A stretch of 64,000 bases of DNA from an uncultured virus (IMG/VR IMGVR_UViG_3300047322_000678) (Duplodnaviria > Heunggongvirae > Uroviricota > Caudoviricetes): IMG/VR virus record IMGVR_UViG_3300047322_000678; one strand, written 5' to 3'. Numbering within the stretch: position 1 is the stretch's first letter; each line of letters opens with the position of its first letter. The position numbers were made by a program, and so were the translations under genes. Shown piece by piece: positions 9,817 to 19,310 of the stretch. The notes below the pieces were generated by a model. The model worked only from the letters and a program-made list of their open reading frames with translations. It made no database searches and had not been told where the DNA came from.

Positions 9817-10464
9817 TCATCTTAGTGAAAAATCGGTCGCATCGGTTTCAATTACAACCCCATTGTCCCGCAACATGCGAGAGGCAATCCGGGCATCTAA
9901 TCGCTCCGATATTTCTGGAAGGCTGAGGTTCGTTGTGATCAGTGTCCACTTTTTCTGACGTGAGTTCAGTATTCTATCCAGCGCCGACGCAATAAATCCG
10001 GTCGGGTCACGCTCCGAACCAATATCATCCAGAATCACAAACCATTCATCGCAGAGTTGGTCAATGTGATCGTAGGCACCGCTCCGGACAGCATCACAGA
10101 AATCGCGCCAGTTCACGAACTCTCCGGTATTGCCGTAAGTCTTTTGCCGGATAGAATCAAACATGATGTCGAAGCGGTTCTGTTGCATGAACTGCCGATA
10201 AACGGCTTTGGCCAGATGCGTCTTTCCGACACCGCTCTTGCCGCACAAGGTCAGCCAGTACGGGGTCGTGTAATTGATTGATGCAGCAAAATCTCTTGCC
10301 ACATCAAACAGACGCTCCAGCTTCGGGTCGTTGAACGTCTCGAAGTGCGCGACGTTTTTGAATCGCTTCAAGATTGTAGTCTTGGGAGTTCCCTGCGTTG
10401 AGGGTGCCAGCGTTTCGGTCAAAACTTTGCTTACCGTTTTTGCGAGTGGAGTTTCTTGGATCAT
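9817..10464 (-). CDS. DnaC/IstB-like AAA+ helicase loader
   Basis: GKSGVGKTHLA, VILDDIGSE, TLITTN and RIASRM motifs; lies downstream of the initiator. Confidence 0.88.
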   Translation of the reverse strand: MIQETPLAKTVSKVLTETLAPSTQGTPKTTILKRFKNVAHFETFNDPKLERLFDVARDFAASINYTTPYWLTLCGKSGVGKTHLAKAVYRQFMQQNRFDIMFDSIRQKTYGNTGEFVNWRDFCDAVRSGAYDHIDQLCDEWFVILDDIGSERDPTGFIASALDRILNSRQKKWTLITTNLSLPEISERLDARIASRMLRDNGVVIETDATDFSLR

Positions 10465-11134
10465 AATTTCGAGCCTTATCCAGTTCTGATGTCCAGTTGT
10501 TCAAAAGCGAAATAACGGACTGCCTAGCGAATCCATCGCTTTTGGATGTTTCCCGATACTGAAGTATTTCCGACCATTCCAACATTGAGGCTTCCCTTTT
10601 GAAAACCGAACAAGCTGCCTGCTGTTCTTCGCAGGACCATGTTGAAGTCGGCGGTCGATTGAAGTGGTTTCCAATTTCCAACATAAATGTCCGAATCCCC
10701 CCCTCTACACTCCCCCCTTCCTTTTCCTTTTCCTTTTCCTTTTCCTTAAGGGTATCTTCTACCCTACCTGATACCCTATCAATAGGGTATGGATAGGGTA
10801 TGGAATGCCTATCTAAAGCCTTAAAAACAGGATCGTGAGCGCGGCATTCTTTAGAAAGACTTCCGTATTGGAATGCAACGAATTTAACCACTAGCCTTTT
10901 TCCGCTCGGAAGCAGAACTATTCTTGCCCCGAAACCAACCAAATCATCTTCTGAAACGGATTCTCCGATTACGAATGACGCTAATTCCCAGTCGAGTTCA
11001 AAGGTTCCGGCTGGGCAACAAGAATCACAAATATATTGCCAGAGGCATTTTAATCTGGGCGGGAGCTTCCTGTACCAAGGATCACGCCATTTCTCGGTTT
11101 CGGTGAAACGTTTCGTATCTGGACCTTCGGACAT
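10304..11134 (-). CDS. Phage replication initiator (lambda O / replisome-organiser-like)
   Basis: KRFTETEKWRDPWYRKL N-terminus, KEKEKEKE linker, internal iterons, adjacent DnaC-like gene. Confidence 0.75.
   Translation of the reverse strand: MSEGPDTKRFTETEKWRDPWYRKLPPRLKCLWQYICDSCCPAGTFELDWELASFVIGESVSEDDLVGFGARIVLLPSGKRLVVKFVAFQYGSLSKECRAHDPVFKALDRHSIPYPYPIDRVSGRVEDTLKEKEKEKEKEGGSVEGGIRTFMLEIGNHFNRPPTSTWSCEEQQAACSVFKREASMLEWSEILQYRETSKSDGFARQSVISLLNNWTSELDKARNYDPRNSTRKNGKQSFDRNAGTLNAGNSQDYNLEAIQKRRALRDVQRPEAGASV
10712..10805. other. Putative replication origin (iterons plus pyrimidine tract) inside the initiator gene
   Basis: Five TACCCT/AGGGTA copies (10749, 10760, 10772, 10784, 10795), including the palindrome ATACCCTAT-ca-ATAGGGTAT, next to a (CCTTTT)n tract. 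Confidence 0.6.
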
Positions 11135-11266
11135 GAATCCTCAATGCCGCCCCCGGCTGTGACGCCCAATAGCAACCTGTGAAGGAAGCAGAGAGCGGCA
11201 TGGAAGATTCGTTGCTGATATTCTGCGTCACACTCAAACTTTCCCAAACCTGCTCTGTTTCGTCAA
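11135..11266 (-). promoter_or_regulatory. Sigma70-like promoter and structured leader of the initiator gene
   Basis: TTGACG-N17-GAAAGT; 20-bp imperfect stem 11135-11154/11191-11210 ending at the ATG. Confidence 0.55.
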
Positions 11267-11326
11267 CAGAAAAATAATTTTATTTTGTTGTGGACACATC
11301 CTGTGCCACATGGCAAAGTGCGGGGG

Positions 11327-11548
11327 ATGAAACTGAAACAGGATCGGGTCGTGTGCTGGGACTGCGGCGGAACTGGCAAGGTTCTAAAGGTTCAAGGCTG
11401 CACCTTGACCAAGGCCCGTAAATCCGCCGGCCTCACCGTCGAAGCCCTGTCCAAGCGCACGGGCCTGTCCGTGTCCTTGCTCTACAAGGTCGAGAACGGG
11501 GTGAGGACGTGTACGAAACGGGTGGAGAAGGCGTATTCCAATCTATGA
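11327..11548 (+). CDS. Cro/XRE-family HTH regulator with N-terminal CxxCxGxG motif
   Basis: CWDCGGTG followed by ARKSAGLTVEALSKRTGLSVSLLYKVENG; divergent from the replication genes. Confidence 0.8.
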   Translation: MKLKQDRVVCWDCGGTGKVLKVQGCTLTKARKSAGLTVEALSKRTGLSVSLLYKVENGVRTCTKRVEKAYSNL

Positions 11549-12106
11549 CCATCCCCGCCTGTCCAGAATGTCAGTCCCGGCTCGTGGAACGTGTCCGGGA
11601 GAAGCACGAATCGGGCGTGATTAAGGTCTGCTTCTGGCTGTGCCATGCTTGCGGCTGGACCTGGGGCTTTGAATAATGACTTTTGCCAATCCGATTATCG
11701 GCACCGGGATCTGGAACTGGTGAGATACATGTATTAACCCGGTGGGCTGGCTTGTTGCTGGCCGTTGGCTGGATTTGAATGAAACCTAAACTCGATCCGT
11801 ATCAAGCCCTGTGCCGAACCATGCTGGCCGGGTTCTTCGCCGTGGGATGGGGCGGGCCAATGGCAAGAATCGGGGCCAGGAACTTGTATGAACGATACCG
11901 GAAACGGTTAAAGAGACTGGAAAGGAATGGGAAATGACCTGCACCTTAGCAACGCTGAAAGTTATCCGGCCTGGAAAAGGTCTTGGCCAGCGCACGGTCT
12001 TAAGACGGTTCGATAAGCACGGGACCATGCTCGGTGAACATACCGGCCCCAGGGCCAATGCCGTGGCGGGGAGTCTGAGAAGGATGGGGGTATCCGTTAT
12101 CAGAAT

Positions 12107-13015
12107 ATGATCCCGCCCTATCCGCCCAGCTATCACCCGCCCCTGTTCTCGCCTAAACATGCCGAGTTCCGGGCCAGCTTAGGTTCGGTAATGGCCCGAA
12201 CTGTTCCGGTCGTACCCGATTTTGTCCCGGTCGGGTTCGTGATTACCAACCTGACTATTTCTGGCGGCACCGCAACATTAGCCTGGCAGAATGGTTCCGC
12301 ACCATTCTCGATTCTTGGCTCGTCCGATCTGAACCTGTGGTCGGTTATTGCCGGGCCTGTGTCCAACTCGCCAGTCACATTCAATCCCGGTTCCAACCGT
12401 TATTTCCGGCTGCTCTGCGCTGACGGATTGACCAATCTGATCACGATCCTGGATGATAACAGGTTCGGGACCGCGACCACAGACGTTTACTGGGCAGGTG
12501 CATGGATTGATCATGTCACATTCGGATCTAACGATTGTGCCGTTGGCGAGGGTTGTTGTCTGCCCGGAGATCGGAAGCTGCTCCGGTTCCCGGTCACGAT
12601 CTATAATCCGTCCAGCAACACGTTCTGGTCCGGGCCAGCCGGTGACTATTATTTCTATGACCCGTGCCATCATCATTTTCATATAACCAATTTCTCACAG
12701 TTCACGCTCTTGAACGAATCCGGCACTGTCGCTGCCGACCGCAAGATGGGTTGGTGCGTTCGATCCTTTGGCCGGCTCATCGACTTGGGCTGGAACACGA
12801 ACCCGCCCCCATCGGCTTGTACCCAGCCGCAACTGATGCCGGGTTGGGGTGATACCTATAATCTACAGGATTGTATGTGGTTCGATGTGACCGGGTTCCC
12901 GGACGGGATCTATACCATGCGAATTGAGCTGGATGTCACCGGCCAGTACGGGTTCCGGCAACGGTCGGAGCATGGCATTGTGATGATCGTGGAACAGGTA
13001 GGGCCGTGGCCATGA
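12107..13015 (+). CDS. Lysyl oxidase (LOX) domain protein
   Basis: CAVGEGC, RKLLRFP, Cu site CHHHFH (HxHxH), LTQ Lys in KMGWC, LTQ Tyr in GWGDTY and DCMWFDVTGFPDGIY, all collinear with the LOX catalytic domain. Confidence 0.85.
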   Translation: MIPPYPPSYHPPLFSPKHAEFRASLGSVMARTVPVVPDFVPVGFVITNLTISGGTATLAWQNGSAPFSILGSSDLNLWSVIAGPVSNSPVTFNPGSNRYFRLLCADGLTNLITILDDNRFGTATTDVYWAGAWIDHVTFGSNDCAVGEGCCLPGDRKLLRFPVTIYNPSSNTFWSGPAGDYYFYDPCHHHFHITNFSQFTLLNESGTVAADRKMGWCVRSFGRLIDLGWNTNPPPSACTQPQLMPGWGDTYNLQDCMWFDVTGFPDGIYTMRIELDVTGQYGFRQRSEHGIVMIVEQVGPWP

Positions 13016-13123
13016 ACAAATACTTTTCCCATCTCTGGCGCTATGTTGACCGGGGAGAACCCGGCCACCCTTCTCGGAACGGTTTGTTGTTGGGCATGAA
13101 ACAGGAACCGGAGATGATAATTT

Positions 13124-13456
13124 ATGAGAAAAACCGAATCAATTGCTGACCCGACCTGGAACGATATTAAAGACCGGGACCAGAGAATGGTGACACTGGA
13201 AATGTTATTGAACAAAGAAAAGGTTGAGATTTATGATCTGAAAACGAGGCTGATTAAGGCCGAAGCCATCCTCGACAAGTTCGGGTTCCGGCATTGCACC
13301 ATCCCGTCCTGCAACTGCAACGGGTATCATCTGATGACGCCACCGGACAAGTCGTACCGGGAGGCGATTAAGGCCAGAGAAACACATGGCGATCCGGGTC
13401 CGGGGCGAGATCCGGCATTGCCCGGACCACGCGAGTTGAACAGGATTAAGAAATGA
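13124..13456 (+). CDS. Hypothetical protein
   Basis: 110 aa; coiled coil followed by CTIPSCNCNGYH. Confidence 0.5.
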   Translation: MRKTESIADPTWNDIKDRDQRMVTLEMLLNKEKVEIYDLKTRLIKAEAILDKFGFRHCTIPSCNCNGYHLMTPPDKSYREAIKARETHGDPGPGRDPALPGPRELNRIKK

Positions 13457-13755
13457 AATCTACCGGATACAAAGATTCAGACGGGAAACTAATTCGTGAC
13501 GGCGATATTCTGGAGGTTGGTTCACGGCTCCGTGGGATGAGGAACAGCCACTGCATCTGACTTTCAGAGTCGGTAAATTATGCGGAGAATGGTTCTGTCA
13601 CGGCATTGAAACCGGAACTGAAGATGATTTCCTAGCCAATTTCAAATCGCTCAGGAAAAAAACTGACCCGACCATTTCCTCCCGCCGTGGACCGGCAGCA
13701 ATCACGCTCCCGGTCAATCCAAGCAGGACAATGACACAGCGGGAGGATTAGATTT

Positions 13756-13962
13756 ATGTTTGAACCCAGTTTACAGGAAGTGATTCGGCAACGGGATGCG
13801 GCCAGAAAAAGATTGGCTCATTTCCGAAATGCTTTACTGGAGATTTCTGACTTGTATAGAAGGCGGGATCTGCTCGGACATATTCCCAATGCTCCTGACG
13901 ATGAAACCCGACTGGACCCGCTCCTGTACGCTTCCAAAATAGCTAAACAGGCTTTGATATGA
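13756..13962 (+). CDS. Hypothetical protein
   Basis: GGAGG upstream; ATGA-coupled to the next ORF. Confidence 0.5.
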   Translation: MFEPSLQEVIRQRDAARKRLAHFRNALLEISDLYRRRDLLGHIPNAPDDETRLDPLLYASKIAKQALI

Positions 13963-14168
13963 CCCGCACCCAATACCTCAACATCTCCGATTTCGCCCGC
14001 GTCAATGCTGCGCTGGCCGTGCTGGCTGAATGTGATGCTGTGGAAAGAATAGAATCTGTAGAGGCTCTGGTCCGGTATCAGCGCCTGCTCCTGACCCGGC
14101 AGGAACAAGCTTGTCAGGGCAGGCCGGATAATGTCGTGGAACCGGATCTGACGGTGGTGGAGAAATGA
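13959..14168 (+). CDS. Hypothetical protein
   Basis: Coupled small ORF. Confidence 0.45.
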   Translation: MTRTQYLNISDFARVNAALAVLAECDAVERIESVEALVRYQRLLLTRQEQACQGRPDNVVEPDLTVVEK

Positions 14169-14169
14169 T

Positions 14170-14523
14170 ATGACTAAAACATTTTGTGATGTGTGTGACC
14201 GGCCTGCGAGCCATCAGAGAATCCAGACCAGTTTCCGAATCCGCCATGAAAAAGATGTGCTGGAAGATCTGGCTGCTTTCATAGAGATCAAATGGACGCG
14301 AGCGCCGATTCCAGACCTGTGCGATTCCTGCTTCGCCAAAGCTTTGCGCGAGGCGGCGAATAAGCTGGATCCGCCATCGGGAGATCCAATGCCGTGTCCT
14401 GAAAATATACCAACAGTGACTGCACGGTGGACCAGCAGCCCACCGGCAGGAGTTGAGCCGTGCCAGAAACCTGAACATTTTCCGGATGAAGCCAGCAAGG
14501 AATGGTTCGAGGGTAAGTCCTGA
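14170..14523 (+). CDS. Zn-finger hypothetical protein
   Basis: FCDVCD...DLCDSC motifs. Confidence 0.55.
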   Translation: MTKTFCDVCDRPASHQRIQTSFRIRHEKDVLEDLAAFIEIKWTRAPIPDLCDSCFAKALREAANKLDPPSGDPMPCPENIPTVTARWTSSPPAGVEPCQKPEHFPDEASKEWFEGKS

Positions 14524-14572
14524 GACGGATCCGCGCTGGCTCAGAAAAAGGCATTTGACAAGGGGTGGGGGG

Positions 14573-14797
14573 CTATTCCTTATCCGCTCCGCAATCCATC
14601 CTGATCTGTTCCACTGATTCCTGTATCCAATCAAAAACCTGTGACTGATACTGGTCCGGAATTGAGCCTTGCTTACCAACAAACAGGGACCGCTTACCGG
14701 CCACGGTGATGACCAGTTTGTGTCCTTCAATTTCCAGCAAGAACAATCGGTCGTAGCCCTTCGGGATATTGAAATTAACCGGAATCTTCATGGTCAA
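14573..14797 (-). CDS. Hypothetical protein
   Basis: ATGA-coupled to 14794..15363. Confidence 0.45.
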   Translation of the reverse strand: MTMKIPVNFNIPKGYDRLFLLEIEGHKLVITVAGKRSLFVGKQGSIPDQYQSQVFDWIQESVEQIRMDCGADKE

Positions 14798-15363
14798 ATC
14801 CGGTCAATGGGTGAATCGTCTCCGTTGGCTTCAGCAAATCCGTCCCGAACCGCTTCTGTCGCTCCCTGAATAGCTCCTTCCCGTTTCACGTACCTCCTGC
14901 GCTTGGCGTATTCCTTTTTCCGAGCCTTTTCAAACGCCTCCTGCTGTGCCGGGGTCATGTCCTGTTCCTGTTTCTTTCTGGCCCGATATTCAGCCTGCTT
15001 GCGCCGATTATACTCTTTCAAATCCGCCGCGTTACTGATCCCCTGGTATTCCTCCCAGTTCACCACCCGATACTGAAACTTTCCTTCCCGGACCATGCGC
15101 CGTCCCTCATCTTTCGGATTACGGCTGTCCGGATCCGGAGCAGTTAAGAATTCAATTGCGGAAACAATTTCAGTCTCAGTCGCTCCCAGAATCGCCATCA
15201 ACACTTTCGGATTCAGGTCAATGAATCCCCGATGAGTCATGGTCAGGACATAATCCCAGACCGCAAAAACATTGCAGCCAGCACCCACTAATGACCCGGT
15301 ATATTTGCTCTCAAATGATCGTCCATACATAGTTCCGATACTGTCATTGACAGATGGTGACAT
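14794..15363 (-). CDS. Second replication-initiator-like (replisome organiser N-terminal-type) protein
   Basis: YGRSFESKYTGSL...PDPDSR...EGRR...VVNWEEYQ...EYNRRKQAEYRARKK pattern, typical of phage initiator N-termini. Confidence 0.55.
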   Translation of the reverse strand: MSPSVNDSIGTMYGRSFESKYTGSLVGAGCNVFAVWDYVLTMTHRGFIDLNPKVLMAILGATETEIVSAIEFLTAPDPDSRNPKDEGRRMVREGKFQYRVVNWEEYQGISNAADLKEYNRRKQAEYRARKKQEQDMTPAQQEAFEKARKKEYAKRRRYVKREGAIQGATEAVRDGFAEANGDDSPIDRI

Positions 15364-15853
15364 GTCAAGGATTAGTAACTGCGCGTGTATACCCCAGATC
15401 CAACTCCAGAGGGGTACAGGGGAGAACCTGTTCCTGTTCCGGATTTGGCTCAGGACGAGTTTCGGTATTGGAACCGGCTCTTGGTCCAGGTTCGGCTTAA
15501 AAGCTTGTCCTGGACCGAAGCGGGGGCTAAGGCGGGGCTGATACGGAGCTGGTCGGGGATCGACTTTTTCAAAAACCGGGGTGGATCACGCTCTGTCTCT
15601 AACGCGAACCGGCTGGCCCGAAAGGGCGCGGCATGGCTTCAACCCGCTCTGGCCCGGAAATAATAGATTCCTTCCCCACCCCCGGCCCCGCCTCTGGCCC
15701 AGGCTGGGAGCTTGTCCCGGTACAGGTTAATGGCAAGGCCCGGAGCAGGAGCAGAGCAATGGCTAGGTCATAAGCAGGACTGAATCAGGACAAGGCTAAG
15801 TCAAGCGCTGATCGCACAACAGATCAATCCTTTACAACCTTACCTAATCCTGC

Positions 15854-16309
15854 TCACTCCTGCTCCTGCCTCTGCACAGGCACCGAGCTGGGCTTGGACA
15901 AGAGCAAGGCGGCGGATCGGGATGAGCTGGAGCCGGGCCGGTCCTGTACCCGGCGTACGGCTGGGAGGGAACGGTCAGAGAGACGGCGCTCGATCTCCTC
16001 AAGCTTGGCTATGGCTCCGGCAAGGCGTTCCAGCTTAGGACCGTCATCCTCGGAGACCATCAAGGACAGTAACCGGCTGACCTGCACGCGCACTCGCGCC
16101 AGAGTCCGGCTATGGAACGGGTCAGCTTCCGGCTCTGCTTTGCTGGCTTCCTGCAAGGCCGCTTCCCGGTCCTGTTCAGCTTGGCGTCTTGCCTGCCAAG
16201 ATTTAGCAGCGTTTAAGCGAGCATTTTCGGATGTGAAGCGATGAATGGTGCGGGGCTTGACCTGTACCGGGGCTTGGCTTTGTGGAAGCTCTAGGATTGT
16301 CTCAGACAC
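15854..16309 (-). CDS. Hypothetical protein, possible terminase small subunit
   Basis: RFTSENAR motif plus helical hairpin; 151 aa; function is a weak inference. Confidence 0.35.
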   Translation of the reverse strand: MSETILELPQSQAPVQVKPRTIHRFTSENARLNAAKSWQARRQAEQDREAALQEASKAEPEADPFHSRTLARVRVQVSRLLSLMVSEDDGPKLERLAGAIAKLEEIERRLSDRSLPAVRRVQDRPGSSSSRSAALLLSKPSSVPVQRQEQE

Positions 16310-16587
16310 GCCGTTAAACTAGCCTGATAGATTGGACTTTGGCAAGCCTGAAAGTGTCTGTAATCGAAACGTGGCACGATTCTGGATTGTCCTGTATCGG
16401 GACACAAAGCCGGATCTGGTACGGTACAGAGCCTAAGCATAAACCCTGCCAATGTTCGGGAATGGGAGCAGATTCCTGCCCTGAATTGCCCTGTTTATTT
16501 TCGATTAACACAAGATTTGTGTTGAGTCTCGGTTGGGTGGTGTTAAGGTAATGGTGTAGTAAATAAATAATAACCAATAAATACAGC

Positions 16588-17007
16588 ATGAAAACAACAA
16601 TGACAGCACAGACACCGGAACCGGGCTGGCTCAATGCCCCGGCGCAGGCTGAAACCATCACTGAACCGGCTATGCGCCAATGGATCGCAACTCTCTCCGT
16701 GCCTGGCGTTACCAAGTGTCACGTTTCGCAACTCACGGCAAACAAGCTCGTTTCGGTGCCGGGTGGAATTGACGCGGTAGGTGGAGGTCGGAGATATAGC
16801 CTTACAATCGGAGGCCGGGTTATTGCTGATCTGGACTGGAACAGCTCAGAGGAGAACCGAGCAAACTCCGAATGTTTGGCGCATTGCTGGAATCATTTTA
16901 ACTCCCTGATAAATGCTTTGAAATGCATTGCCGACGCTGATTATGGAACCGATACACCCAAACTACGAGAGACAGCCCGCGCCGCCATAGCCAAAGCCAC
17001 CACCTAA
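16588..17007 (+). CDS. Early hypothetical protein
   Basis: First ORF after the promoter-like TTGAGT-N16-TAAGGT; ends in the ARAAIAKA motif common in phage early proteins. Confidence 0.6.
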   Translation: MKTTMTAQTPEPGWLNAPAQAETITEPAMRQWIATLSVPGVTKCHVSQLTANKLVSVPGGIDAVGGGRRYSLTIGGRVIADLDWNSSEENRANSECLAHCWNHFNSLINALKCIADADYGTDTPKLRETARAAIAKATT

Positions 17008-17083
17008 CCCCCGCCCTTGTCCCGGCTCGTGTCCGGGATAATGGCCGTGATTAAGCGGCAATGAAACAAACCAGAACAAAGTT

Positions 17084-17278
17084 ATGAATATATGTTTATG
17101 TGGAACCGAAGCCGGATACATACACGCCCAAGACTGTCCCCGTCCGCTCTTTAGATGCTCGGATGCCGAAGCGGATAAATGGGATCAGGAACGGGCACGG
17201 TTGCGCCAAGCGCAATCCAAGCCAGAACAAACCACCGTGACAAACTGGAATATGCCGATCAATGCGACTTGGGAATGA
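17084..17278 (+). CDS. Early hypothetical protein
   Basis: CLCG...HAQDCP motif; flanked by intergenic hairpins. Confidence 0.55.
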   Translation: MNICLCGTEAGYIHAQDCPRPLFRCSDAEADKWDQERARLRQAQSKPEQTTVTNWNMPINATWE

Positions 17279-17359
17279 CCCCTCAGACGCGGCCCGCTCC
17301 AGCACCGGGGCGGGCCGGGTCTTGGGCCAAAACGGACCAGGAATAGAGAACAGAACATT

Positions 17360-17842
17360 ATGAATGCAAATACACTCAAAGCAGTAACAGAACACGGCGA
17401 GCTATTACTCGCCATATTCCCGAACAGCACAGAACAAAATCCGGTTGCGCTCTGCAAGAAACTGAGGCGGCTAGAGGCGCAGGCCATGAAGCACACTCTG
17501 GAGCTTTGCAATGGTGACGAACCGGGCGAGCACGGCGAGGAATGGCAGGGACGGCACAATAATGCGCTGTTTATGATCTTGAACCGGATCAATGTGTTGC
17601 TCGGCAACACAACCGACAAGCCGCCCACCGTCCCGGTCTTTATCAATCGTGACCCGCGAGGTTATGCGCTCAAGATTGATGATGAGTGGATGCGCCAGAA
17701 CATGTGGACGCTGAACAATGGCAATCGGCATACAAACGGAAGCGGAAACATTTCGGTTGCGCGACTGCACCGGGACTTGGGCGGCTACGGCATCATTGCC
17801 CCGGATCTTACGGTCGAGGAGAAAGAGAGGAACGCGGCATGA
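17360..17842 (+). CDS. Early hypothetical protein
   Basis: FINRDPRGYALKI...DLGGYGIIAPD, a motif-rich phage-type ORF. Confidence 0.65.
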   Translation: MNANTLKAVTEHGELLLAIFPNSTEQNPVALCKKLRRLEAQAMKHTLELCNGDEPGEHGEEWQGRHNNALFMILNRINVLLGNTTDKPPTVPVFINRDPRGYALKIDDEWMRQNMWTLNNGNRHTNGSGNISVARLHRDLGGYGIIAPDLTVEEKERNAA

Positions 17843-18078
17843 AAGCTCAAGAAAGAAACAGGCGGATCGAAATGATCCGCGCCAATCTTGCTGAAAATGA
17901 CCGACTTTACAATTCCGGAAAGCGGCCTAAATCGCTCTGGAATGTTTGCAAGCGGGACGGGAAACGGGCCATAGCGGAATTGCAAGCGTTAAAAAGCAAC
18001 TGACCCCAGCCCCTCGGCGGCTCTGCGTGGGCCGTCGCAGGCTGAGGCCAGTAACCAAAGCAGAGACAGAACAAGATT

Positions 18079-18534
18079 ATGAAAAAGACCGTAACAGACA
18101 CGGGAAATGAAGGTATCGGATCAAGTCGGGGAGTTGTTCGAGAATACAATCCATCGGTTGGGACATGGATCCCCGCACAGCTTCCGAGCGTAGCCGGCCA
18201 CATGTCAATGACCCATGCGGACTTTCAACAGGCTTGCCAAGTAGAGCTTGGCCGGCTGCAAGAGGATCATTTGTGCGATAACCGATTGGTTCATCTTTTG
18301 TGCGAAGCCGTCCGGTGCAGCCGGGAATGCTGCGAAATTGCCCAATCTAAAATCGCCTCGGCTCCCGACCTGCTCAAACAGCGGGATACGTTGCGCCTCG
18401 CCTGCAAGGCAATGCTGACTGAATTCGATTGTTCCATGTATCAGGATCAATTCGAGATCGGAAGCGGCGAAGATAAGGCCATAATGATGGCCCGCGTCGC
18501 TCTCGCCTTGTGCGGAAAGGAGCAGGGCCAATGA
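18079..18534 (+). CDS. Early hypothetical protein
   Basis: IASAPDLL...AR(V)AL motif typical of small phage proteins. Confidence 0.55.
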   Translation: MKKTVTDTGNEGIGSSRGVVREYNPSVGTWIPAQLPSVAGHMSMTHADFQQACQVELGRLQEDHLCDNRLVHLLCEAVRCSRECCEIAQSKIASAPDLLKQRDTLRLACKAMLTEFDCSMYQDQFEIGSGEDKAIMMARVALALCGKEQGQ

Positions 18535-19058
18535 ATTACCCTGATCTAATCCAATCCCGCGCCCGCCTCGCCCGTGCCTGCCTGGAATCAGCGCAGGCCG
18601 GGATCGTGGCCGGCGAGGCCGAACGCCAGCGCAAATTGATTGAACAGGCTTTGATCGTGCTGGCGCAAGGCAAACAAACCGAAGCCAGAACTATCCTGGC
18701 GCAACTTAACCTGACTCAGGAACGAAACAGAAACGGGGTGCGATTATGAACTGGTACGACACAACCTTCTGGATTATTTTCTCAGCCTTAGCCGGCGCGG
18801 TCGCCGTGGCGCTGGCGCGGGCCATAGTCTGCATATGGAAAGGAAAAGATTTATGAACATCCTCGTGTACGAATACAAAACCGGGTACAGGATCGGCACG
18901 ACCAGGATCAGTAAAAAACTCTGGTCAAAATACCTTGAACATAGCCAGAAGCCGCAAAATCTGATTCAGGCTGGCGAAGTGCTGACATTGCACCAAATGG
19001 CCAAGCTCAAAATCGGTTACGCCGATACGGTTTGGCTCGAAAGGAAATTTACCGGATT

Positions 19059-19310
19059 ATGAACGACACGCCCTACATAGTCCCCGGTTCCGCCGAGGAC
19101 GCCAAATCCCGCATGGCTCGGATCGGGTCCATCGGTGGCAAATCCCGGAGCAAAGCCAAGATTGCCGCATCCAAGGCGAATCTGGCCGGTATCAGCCTGA
19201 CCACGGCCCAGCGCAGCGAGAACGGGCGCAAGGGACGGCTCTCGCACGAGCAGTATCAATTAAATGCGTTCCGGGCTTGGGCACGGAGAAAGGATCGGAA
19301 ACATGACTGA
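19059..19310 (+). CDS. Small basic protein with KGG-like repeats
   Basis: RIGSIGGKSRSKAKIAASKAN...RSENGRKG. Confidence 0.55.
   Translation: MNDTPYIVPGSAEDAKSRMARIGSIGGKSRSKAKIAASKANLAGISLTTAQRSENGRKGRLSHEQYQLNAFRAWARRKDRKHD

Noticed and set aside
14002..14730. 242 aa minus-strand ORF
   Set aside because: Overlaps a coupled chain of plus-strand genes and has no motifs.
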